Source: the human T2T-CHM13v2.0 reference genome, Homo sapiens. Taken from it: a stretch of DNA of 64,000 nucleotides. The stretch is taken from NCBI RefSeq assembly GCF_009914755.1, contig NC_060926.1; one strand, 5' to 3'. Both the position numbers and the translations under genes were made by a program. Under the pieces are notes generated by a model, which searched no databases, was not told where the DNA came from, and saw only the letters and a list, made by a program, of their open reading frames with translations. Below are positions 14,168 through 25,112 of this stretch, one piece after another. Positions within the stretch are counted from its first letter, which is position 1. Each line of letters opens with the position of its first letter.

Positions 14168-14824
14168 CAACCCAGTACATCACAACCCAACCCATTACAT
14201 CCCAACCCAACCCAGTATGTCACAACCCAACCCAGTACATCCCAACCCAACCCAGTACATCCCAACCCAACCCAGTACATCCCATCCTAACCCAGCACAT
14301 CCCAACCCAACCCAGCACATCCCAACCCAACCCAGCACATCCCAACCCAGCCCAGCACATCCCAACCCAACCCAGTACATCCCAACCCAACCCAGTACAT
14401 CCCAACCCAGCCCAGCATATCCCAACCCAGCCCAGTACATCCCAACCCAACCCAGTACATGCCAACCCAACCCAGTACATCCCAACCCACCCCAGTACAT
14501 CCCAACCCACCCCAGTACATCCCAACCTAACCCAGTACATCCCAACCCAGCCCAGTACATCCCAACCCAGACCAGTACATCCCAACCCAACCCAGTACAT
14601 CCCAACCCAACCCAGCACATCCGAACCCAACCCAGCACATCCCAACCCAACCCAGCACATCCCAACCCAGCCCAGCACATCCCAACCCAACCCAGTATGT
14701 CACAACCCAGCCCAGCACATCCCAACCCAACCCAGCACATCCCAACCCAGCCCAGCACATCCCAACCCAACCCAGCACATCCCAACCCAACCCAGCACAT
14801 CCCAACCCAACCCAGTACATCACA
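14168..14824. repeat. 20-bp minisatellite, ~33 copies (CCCAACCCAACCCAGYACAT)
   Basis: Strict 20-nt period visible in the sequence; source of the repetitive ORFs on both strands. Confidence 0.98.
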
Positions 14825-14868
14825 CGGCACATTCCAATATTCCTTCAGCCTGCCTCAAAAACTGGTGA

Positions 14869-15240
<372 letters not shown>

Positions 15241-18108
15241 TGAAGGACATGCTCATACTTTCCCATCTCACTCTTTCCTTTCTGGATCCCTCTTTGTTCC
15301 TCCTCCTCCCTTCCTAGCTCCCTTCCCTTCCCACCTCATTCCGTCTGAAGATTTCAACTACCCACAACTAACTGATAACCAGCACTTTTCACACAACCAC
15401 AGCAACCTGTGAGGAGCATGAATGTGAAACATCTTTACCTTGCACAAGCCAAGTTGAAACCAGGGCAGGAGAAAAGGCCCGTTCCTTCACAGGGAGCACT
15501 AATGTCTCCTCGCATCACTGTGCTGGTGGTTTGGATAGAGAATGGCAGTATGAGGGATGTGATTTTGTATCCTGAAGTGCCAGACATCATTCTCTTTCCT
15601 AACAAAAAGCAGTTTTTGTAAGTGTTTTAAGTTGCTTAAAATGCATAATTGAATAGACTTTCCTTTCATGGCCTCTTTATCCAAAATCCCACAGAACCTC
15701 AGTGAGAGGAAGCCTCCCTTCAGAATGCCAGGGATGCCTCGCCTGGAGCACTCAGTGGGTGCCAGGCCCCTTTACATAAACCACTTAAGTCCCTAAGCCC
15801 CTGGATTGGGAATGTCCTGCCTCCAAAGAGGGGGCCAGGCAGCTTAAGTCATTGCTCAGGGTCACGTGGGCTGCATGTCTGTGACTGACAGAGATGGCAT
15901 CTGCACCTGGGTTCTGCCTCATTGGGCAGCTGGGGTCTCCTGTGAAAGCCACAGACAGAGGCAACCTGGGACAGCGGTCACCTGCAACTCCCCTCGCCAC
16001 ACCTTGGTACTTGCATAAGGTAAAGTCAGGTTGTTTAAAGAGCGGGGCACACGTGCAAACACCACAGGCTTTCACTTTCCACATTGAAGATCCTTCTGAC
16101 AGAAAGGCGCGTTATGATTCCTCCATAATGGAAAGACAAGATCATGACACGTTCAAAGAAGATAAAGTGTTTTAAGGTTTCTTAGTTGAATATTTTTCAG
16201 GATATTGAATGCTTAGATTTTTCTCAGAACCAGAGAACATGGGGTCAGGGGGTGGTGGGGCATCTGAATTGCTGTATTAACTTATTGTAAGGAAGGTAAA
16301 TCAAGGTCATTATCTGCTGTTAGGAAGTCAGTCCTTACTGGGAAACCCATGAGCTGTGTGTCTCTGTGCAAGGTACCCTGCTGTCCGGGCCTCAACTCTT
16401 TAATCTAGAAAATGAAGATTTGGGACTAGATCAATAATGTTCCCACTGGATTCCCAGAGAGTGGTTCATTTCTGTGGCCACAAAGGAAGGGTGGGGTCAC
16501 TGGGTGCAGTTTCAGATGTATCTGTAGTGCAAATAAGGCTTCAGTAAATATGCAGTTGGAGAAACACTTCCTCCTTTGACAAAGTGTATGGAGATTGTCG
16601 TTCGTCACTTGTTTGAGATCCATTGTGCTGGGTGACACCCGAGGAGAGTTGTTCTTCATTGTTTGGGGAACAGGGAACGCTAAGGGATCGGCACCCACCA
16701 GCAGAATCACAGCTGAGAGGTGAAACCTGTGTGCAGTGTATATCTGAGAGATCCTGCGTTACAATCTCCGTGTAGGAGCTCTGCTACTAAAGCACTCTTA
16801 GAGATCAACTTGTGATAAAAACGCTTTGTGCAATGCAACGATTGTAAGTGTAGTAAATACATCTCTACATGTTCCACGATAAGCAGGAAGTAAGCCCTCT
16901 TTGACTAAAAGCTGCCCTTTTCCTTAGCAGCCCCCATAGCTGTACACGTCCCAGTCTCTGGGTAGCTGATCTGTTTATCTTGGTCTCTTGTGATGTGGAA
17001 TAGTAGCAGGTGCCAGGGTGGGTGGGGCATTGCCAAGAGCCTGCACAAAGAGTGAGAACTGGTTAAGTGTCAGCTCTCCACATGCCAGCTCCTGGGGGAC
17101 CCTGACCCAGCCTACTGGCCACACTGAGCCTGGCTCCTGATCTCTAAAAATGAAGATAACGATAATTCTCACTTAGTCTCTTATTTGATAATGCATATAC
17201 AAAAGCAATGGCAATTCGAAACTAGCACATGAATGGACACTACCATTTCCAGTTTAGAGCCACCCCCAGCTCCTCACTGTGGCTTTTGCAGCCACCATAA
17301 CATAACATAGAATGCCCACTGGAAACATGTCAAATGTATGCATATGTGCACATGCACAGACAGATGGGGGCAAAGGAAGGAAAAAGTGACTCTCAATGAG
17401 ACCTAAAATTAGTCCATGATAAGTTGCCTCATGAACGTTTTTACAGACTGATAATGCTTCCTTCACATTCTTCACTATTGTCACAGTGCACATGGGTGGC
17501 AGGTAACACACTTTCAATTTCACATGCAGGAAAATTAGTGAAACAAATTCAAGGAAAGTTAAAGTATTAGAGACATATAAGCAGTTACTGGTTACTTATA
17601 GGTGAGCTATGAGTTTGTTTGAAAGGAATAGCTTCAAACTCTGAAGTCGGGATGGGCAACGTCCTTCGGGGTTTACATGGGGGATAGGCTCTGTGATGCC
17701 ATGCCGTCAACCTAAGACTGGCTTGATTATATCCATTTCCAAAACCTGCTCTCATCACTGCTGATAGATTCCAAAAATATTTTCCTCTTTCTCCCCAGTG
17801 GGCTGGTTTGGCTCTCCAAACTATAGCAAACCAATAAAAATAAACAACAGGCAACATCAACAGAAAAGGCAGGTGGGTAATCTGCTAATTTGATATTTCA
17901 TGAATGGAACTGAGAGGTGAAGTCTCCCAGACAGAGCAGAGAGCTGCTGTGGGGAGCTCTTGAGTCTTCTCTCTGCCCCCGGGTCCCCTTGCACTCATCT
18001 CTTTTTTCTCTGAGTTTGTGTTCCTTTTGTGCCATTCTTTCATCCATTCTTTTTCCTCCTTTGTCTCTATTTCTCCTTGTCTCTTACTCTTTTATCAAAT
18101 AAAAGGTA

Positions 18109-18400
18109 GGCCAGGCACAGCGACTCATGCCTGTAATCCCAGCACTTTTGGAGGCCGGGGTGGGCAGAGCACCTGAGGTCAGGAGTTTGAGACCAGCCTG
18201 GCCAACATGGTGAAACCCCATCTCTACTAAAAACATAAAAAATCAGCCAGGCACGTGGCACAGACCTCTAATCCCAGCTACTTGAGAGGCAGAGGAGAAT
18301 CACTTGAACCAGGAGGCGGAGGTTGCAGGGAGCTGAGATCACAGCATTGTGCTCCAGCCTGGGCAAAAAGAGCGAAACTCCGTCTCTAAATAAATAAATA
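18109..18400 (+). mobile_element. Alu (AluS-type) with (TAAA)n tail
   Basis: GGCCAGGCACAGCGACTCATGCCTGTAATCCCAGCAC...; near-TSD AAATAAAAGGTA / AAATAAATGGTA. Confidence 0.93.
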
Positions 18401-19368
18401 AATAAATGGTAAATTTACTATGTGACATATTTCCCAAGTAAAATATTTTATCCTTTACTTTAAAAAGTATGGTAACACAGACTCATTTTTAAAAAAAAAG
18501 AAATGTAAATGATCAAGAAAATATGGGATCAATGGATAACAACATGGCAATAGTGGTCATTTTTAGATGGAGGGAATTTGGATCATTATCTACTCTTTGT
18601 TTATTGCTACTTTGAAATAGTACATAATTACATCTATTTTTATAGTAACACAAATTAAAATATACGTTCTAATCCTTTGTCTAAGTCTCCCTAAAGCAAA
18701 CGAGAAAATGATAATGCAGCTCTTACTTCCATATGGACTGGAATTATATTATTTGAACGTGACAATTAGTGTCGCTGACATAGCGGTGTCCACATTTTCC
18801 AAATATATCATAGCTTTCTTCACACAGAGGCAGCCCTGAGGTAAAACACGGTGTCACTCTCCCCGCCAGCCCCGCGTGCCAGCGGCCTTAGTTAGAGGCT
18901 AAGGAGCATATTTCTATTCCTACCACTGTCATGGAGTTGGAAAAAGGGTTCCAATTTTAACAACTTAGATATATGTAGGTCAAAAGTCATGTTGTTCAGA
19001 ACCACAATCAGAATAATGCCCTGATTTCCCTTTCACAGATGTGTCCCTGCGATTTGGGGTTTAGCTTGTGAGTGAATGGTAGCTGCCACTTCACGTATTG
19101 GAGAGAGACAGAGGGAAAAATAAAGACAAAAAAGTATCATGCTGCAATATGTTAGCCCCTTTTATTTATTCTTGATATTGGATGCTGTAATGCTACCAAG
19201 AATTTTTTTTTGAATTTCTGAATTTTGTGTGTTAGTGAACGTGTTAATAAAGTAACAAGCTCATAGGTGCTATAACCGCACGCTTCCTGCCATATCCAAT
19301 GCACTAAAAATGTGTGCTCTTAAAAGGGAGTTTTAAATGTATATTGGTTTCTTGTAAAATACATCTTT

Positions 19369-19390
19369 TGTGTGTGTGTGTGTGTGTGTG
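19369..19390. repeat. (TG)11 microsatellite
   Basis: Read directly. Confidence 0.95.
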
Positions 19391-19584
19391 ATACATCCAC
19401 CACAAAACAGAAATAATCAGAAAAGAGGGAAGAACAGGAACACAATGGGGAAGCCCCATGAAGTGAATTTGCCTTTCTCGTTTCTATGACCCCAGCATGG
19501 CAAACGCTCCTCTCTCCTCAGTTCTCCGGCACTGCTCTGAGCTGCCTGTCCACACACTGCTTTATGAGGCCAGGAACTCATTGC

Positions 19585-19756
19585 GGCCCTGCAGAAAACT
19601 CAGCTGGGAGGCCACATGTTGCACTCCAGCCACGTTGCTTTTATTTATAGGAACACATAAGACTCATAAGGTAGCAGATACAGGAATCCAAATGCGTTTC
19701 TTTCTTATATTTTTGTTTGTTTTTTGTTTTTGGATTTTGGTGGGAGCTGCAAGCAA
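19585..19756 (+). repeat. Local direct repeat, copy 1 (~170 bp; partner 21706-21872)
   Basis: GGCCCTGCAGAAAA...GCCACATGTTGCACTC...ACACATAAGACTCATA...GGTGGGAGCTGC in both copies, ~87% identical by eye. Confidence 0.9.
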
Positions 19757-19767
19757 GATATATGTAT

Positions 19768-20020
19768 AGGAGCATAATTCACAGTAGCTGAAAGGTGGAG
19801 GCAGCACATGTGTCCACTGACAGATGTACAGTGGACTATTATTCAGCCTTAGAAAGGAAGGATGTTCTGACCCATTCTACGACATGGCTGGATGTTGAGG
19901 GCATTACGCTAAGTGAAAGAGAGCAGTCACAAAAGAACAGATACCGTACAATGCCACTCACATGAGGTAAGACTAGTGGTCATATTCACAGAGACAGAAA
20001 GCAGAATGCTGGGACCCAGA
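19768..20020 (+). mobile_element. Old L1 (L1M-type) ORF2 end / 3' fragment
   Basis: AGCATAATTCACAGTAGCTGAAAGGTGGAGGCAGC...TGTCCACTGACAGATG...GCATTACGCTAAGTGAAAGAGAGCAGTCACAAAAGAACAGATAC. Confidence 0.75.
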
Positions 20021-20956
20021 GATGGGTGTGTCTAGACACACACACACACATATATATAGTACTATATCCCACCTTGCATTTAGTGAAGTGCTCAATATAC
20101 ATTGATAGGTTGATTGAAGGAAAAAAGAGGAAAAGGAAGAGAAAAGGAGAAGGAGGAGGAAGGCAGGCAGGAAGGAGGAAAAACAGAGAGGAAAAGGAAA
20201 AGGAAAAAATGTCAGAAGTACGAGCTTTCTTCACTTAAGTAACTGGAAGATCAGAGTTCATTATTAGGAAGCTTAAAAGGTAAAACATTCCTAAAAATGA
20301 GTCCATGAGTACAGAGACCAGATCCATCTTTTTCCCTCTGCCAATCTCTGCAAAGGAGCGCAGGCCCAGTAAATATCTCCCAAATGGAAAAATGAGGAAA
20401 ACAAACATGTGACTTGATCCAATATTATTAACAGAGTGATGGTTAACAACACGTAAAGCGCATTCCAGGGGCTTAGTATAAACTATAAATTTTCACCACA
20501 TATTACGAAAAGAACTTGCTGCTTTAGCTAGAAGAAAATGTCCTGCCCTGAGTCTTTTCTCCTTCATCTTTTACTCAGAATTTGGTCTCATGAAGACAGT
20601 GCCTGGCACATAAGAGACGCTCTATCAACAAACATTGCAAAAATAAATTAGTCTTCCATTCATCCATAAGCTTCCATTTATCAAGCACTGGTCACTTGGA
20701 ATACTGTGGGCATTTCAGAAAGAAGCAGGCAGGGTCCCCAATCCCATGAGACTGTGTATGCCTCATAAGATGTGATAGCTGTCACCCAGGAGGAAAGCCC
20801 ATTTCAAGGAGCATTATCAGGGCCACAGATAGTTTTTGGTCTAGTGAGTGGGCATACACCTAAATCACAATATGAAGTCGAATATGGCTAAGGAGAATTT
20901 ATGGCAGAAAATCCTGAGGAAATGAAGTACATTCCTCTGCACAAGATGTGCCCAAG

Positions 20957-21122
20957 TTTTAGCAACAAACAAGATGGAAACAAGACAGACCAGCTCTCTA
21001 GGAAGGATGCAGGGTTCAGGAAGGTGCCTGTGGAATAGGTTTTAGCAATGAAGAGGACAGAAACAAGAGAGACCAGCTCTCTAGGAAGGGTGCAGGGTTC
21101 AGGAAGGTGCCCATGGAATAGG
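20957..21122. repeat. Tandem duplication, ~83 bp x2
   Basis: TTTTAGCAA...GAAACAAGA(C/G)AGACCAGCTCTCTAGGAAGG(A/G)TGCAGGGTTCAGGAAGGTGCC..TGGAATAGG occurs twice. Confidence 0.9.
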
Positions 21123-21705
21123 AGGATGGATGGCTATCTGTTGACCAAGGGGCAATGTCAATGGGAGCAGGGGAGAATGAAGGAAGGGCCCCAGGTGGAG
21201 AGAAGTACCAAGGGAGAGGCTGCCCTGAAGTTGGAAAACCAAAGGAGAAATCAGAAGTGTTGAAGTTGAGGAATTGAAATTGTCTTAAGTAAAAATACAC
21301 TTTATTACAGTTTCCTCAACAACAAGTTAAAATCAAGGTTTGGACAGGCATGTCCTATTTTAAAAGCCCTAAGAAAGTTTACCATTCAAAGATATTCTTG
21401 GTGAATTCTTTTGCAAAGAGAACAAAATGATTTATGTAAAATAAATAACCTTCTATACAAACTTATCTCTCAAGGTTTATTTACATCGGACTATACCTTT
21501 ACTTGGCATCTCCCTTAATTGGGACAGTGGGATTTAAGGTTCCCCAACAAAACAGGGGCACAAACTAATTGACTTCATAATTTTTTAAGCTAGTTGTGAA
21601 GAAGTATCATGCCAAATCACAAACTTCCATGGTACCTAGTTGTGTATAATGTAGAATAGAGTAGACTTTTGACCTTGCATGTGGCAGGCCTTAATAAACA
21701 CCAGG

Positions 21706-21872
21706 GGCCCTGCAGAAAAGTAGCTGGGAAGCCACATGTTGCACTCAATCCACACTGCTTTTATTTATAGAAACACATAAGACTCATATGGTAGCACACG
21801 CAGGAATCCAAATGAGTGTCTGTCTCATATTTTTGTCTTTTGTTTTTGGATTCTGGTGGGAGCTGCGAGCAA
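21706..21872 (+). repeat. Local direct repeat, copy 2 (partner 19585-19756)
   Basis: Aligned by eye to copy 1. Confidence 0.9.
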
Positions 21873-23277
21873 AGTAGTGGAGTCACTTTTGGCATCTGAT
21901 TGTTAGATGACACATTTCAGTATATGAAGCAACAAGGAGGCTCGAAGTTAGCTTCCAGTGGAAAGAGGCTCACATCACTGAAAAATGTTCACCCTAATTG
22001 GCAACCTTGTTAGCAGCCATTCCAGCAGAAAGACCACATGCAGGATTGGCAGCGCACACTGACAGGAAAGTTTTTGAATGACTAAATTCCAGACACATCC
22101 AAAAGGCAATTAAATACAGATTCCATAATAAAATACTCACACAATCCTGGAGACCATCATTCCAAATATGTTTCTATTTCGATCATGCATGTTCACTCCC
22201 ATAGGAAAATACTCAAACTTATCAAAAGATTTTTACATATCAAACTACACACACCTGCTTTTATGAAAAGTCACAATCTGGGAAAATGCTGACCGGTCTT
22301 TGTTGCTCCCAGGTCTTTGTTGCTCCCTATTCTTTGTTGGAAAAGGGTAGTTTTCCCAAAGACCACTCAATGTGGGTTTTTGTTTGTGTCCATTTGCAAA
22401 ATTAAACAGTAAACTTTTGCAAGATTCTTGGTTGATGGACTTATGAGAAGGGAAAAATAATAATCTCATAAATAAAAAATGATAAAAGTGTGCCTCCCAC
22501 AGTGCTTTATGGTATGTAAAATACTTCTGACCAATTATCTTAGTTTAGTCTCACAACATTCTGCACAGTGGACAGGGCACATAATATCCCCATATTCTAA
22601 ATGAGGAAGTTGAGTCTTGAAGATTGAACATCCCAAGTTTCAGATATCGGTGATGAGGCTTGAAGCCCCTGGGAGAAGAGAAGCTTGCACCAGCTCAGCA
22701 TAAGCTGAACTATCGGAAATGAGAGGCCTGCTCAAACTGCAGGCTCCAGGAACAGAGCCAGCTCAGAGGGCAGGTGCGGGGAAGAGGGGAAATGGTGGCA
22801 GAAACACAGACTGACTTGATAAGATGTGGCCCTTGGCAAGACACGATACCTCCATAGGGTGACTGAATGGGCTGCCCTGCAGCCTGCCTGCTCCAGCCAG
22901 CAGTCCAGGTTCTCCCTGCAAACTGACGGCTAGAGATTCTTCTAGCTCTCTAGCCAGCCACATCACCTGGGAGAGCTGAGATGGCTACCATATTATTTTG
23001 AGGTCCTTATTAGAATAAAGATATGGAGAAAAGCTATTTTCCCTTTAGAAGCTATGTGCAACATTGTATCCTGTTGTACATTCTAAATGATATGAAGCAT
23101 ACTCAACAGGAATGGACAATTGGTGTCTAGCACCCCACTTGCATGCTCAGATTAACAACACAGCATACTCGTATTACAGTTTGAGAACAGCTCCCCAGTG
23201 TACAGATTATGTAAACAAGGCTAACTATTGCACCAAGAGTGATTTGTTAAAATAGGCACAGGGGATGAAAAAATAAT

Positions 23278-23923
23278 CTTGAAAAACAGAGAAAAGATTG
23301 GAAGTATGGGTCGGAATTATGGTGGAGGATGATTAACGACCTTCGGCAGGCTCCAACACCTACATCAAAGCATGTGCTGGGCCGACTGAGAGCGGATGGT
23401 GCTGAGCCCTGTAGAGTCCTGGAGAAGGAGGTAGACCATCCCGAGCTCTAGCCTACTCCAAGACATGAGCTTGGGAACTCCTTGAGCCTTGTGTTTCTTT
23501 CTTCAGGAGAAGAAAAGACTAGATAAGTTAATCAAGCTTTGAGGCTTGGCAACATTTAAACCAGGAATTCAGCAGCTGGTATTATATTTTAATGCTACTT
23601 CTACAACTCATTCAAAGTGTAATGACAAAAGAAGAAAGCAAGATAGCAGAGAGGTGACAGTGACAATCACTTAGCAGTTTCCGTGAAATACACTAGCAGC
23701 CCCCAGGAATGGAGGCTCAAGGAGTTCCCAAGCTCATGTCTTGGAGTAGGCTAGAGCTGAGGACGGTCTACCTCCTTCTCCAGGACTCTACAGGGCTCAG
23801 CACCATCCACTCTCAGTCAGCCCAGCGCATGCTTTCACATAGGCAGTGGAGCCTGCTGAAGGCTGTTAATCATCCTCCTCCATAATTCTGATCCATTCTT
23901 CCAATCTTTTCTCATTTTTCAAG
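23278..23923. repeat. Inverted repeat: arms 23278-23489 and 23713-23923, 223-nt spacer
   Basis: Right arm is the reverse complement of the left arm (~21 differences over ~212 nt). Confidence 0.97.
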
Positions 23924-24355
23924 TCAGAGAGGGATTTGGAGATGCTAGGCTGCTGGCTGTGAACATGGAGGCTGGGGCTAGGAGCTGAAGCACACGGGTG
24001 GCCTCTAGAAGCTGTAAGGCAAGGACAGGGATTCTCCCCTGGAGCCTCCCAAGGAAATGCAGCCCTGCCAGCTTTGATTTTAGCACAGTGAGACCCATTT
24101 TAAACTTCTGCCTAGAGAACTGTAAGATAACAAATTTGCATTCTTTCAACCACTGTGTTTGTGGGAATTTGTTGCAACTGCCAATAGGAAACTAATACAG
24201 GCTCGCTGACTGCCCTAGTTCAGCCTCCTCCACCTGAGGCACCTGGTATGTTTTCCTGCAACTGGAGTACTACTGAAAGAGAGCTAGCAGAGAGGTGACA
24301 ATGACAATCATTTAGTAGGTTCTGTGAAATACACTAGCAGCCCCCAGGAGTGGAG
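23644..24355 (+). repeat. 71-bp direct repeat pair (23644-23714 and 24285-24355)
   Basis: TAGCAGAGAGGTGACA(G/A)TGACAATCA...GTGAAATACACTAGCAGCCCCCAGGA(A/G)TGGAG, 6 mismatches. Confidence 0.93.
23924..24199 (+). mobile_element. MLT1 (MaLR LTR, MLT1C/D-like), 3' half only
   Basis: GGCCTCTAGAAGCTGTAAGGCAAGGACAGGGATTCTCCCCTGGAGCCTCC...GAACTGTAAGATAACAAATTTG...GGAAACTAATACA terminus. Confidence 0.85.
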
Positions 24356-25112
24356 AGCTTCGCCTGCCACAAAAGAGTCAGGTTATTTCTGAGTCTTCAA
24401 TGCTTTTCACCTGAAGAAGTTCCTCATCTTGCATATTTATGCTTCAGACTTTTTCCTGCTACCTTTTTAATAGGTACCTGGGGCTAGGATGGGGAGACAG
24501 TGTGGCTGAAATGAGCTGTGTGTGCCGCAATGGAACACCATGAGACGGGTACTGAATAGACCTTTTATAAACCCCAAAAGGGAAGAAAGAAAGCTCATCA
24601 GCATGAGACAGGGGTCCCTGTACCTGTGAGGGGGCCTTTTCTTGTCCTGCCTTCAGACAGCTCTGGTGTTAACTAAATCGAAGCAACAGAGGCTTATTGA
24701 GTGCCTACTGTGTATGAGTGATTGTGCTGTTATTTTTATATACAAGGTAATTCACAATGCCTAAGTGAAAATCATCCAGAAGAAGGCATGTGATTCTGTG
24801 TAAGATAAGGCTACAGGGACTTCAAAAAATTGTAAACCTTGATTTACATCTGAAGATGAGTGCTAATTAATTTTATTGATCACTTATTGGGAGCCTAAGT
24901 ATCTTAGCTTTTGCCAATTAAATTACACCTCAAGTTTATGAACATGTTCAATGCTTTTTAAGAACATGGGGTGAGAAGCCTAACATGTAGCCCACAGAGC
25001 ATGGAGGCTGAGTGTCGAACTCACTGGTGAGCACTGTTGTGACTTGGACAATTCCGTAGACTTCATAATGAGAATGTAATTGGGTGGTATGACCTTTGGA
25101 AAAAATCAGTCT

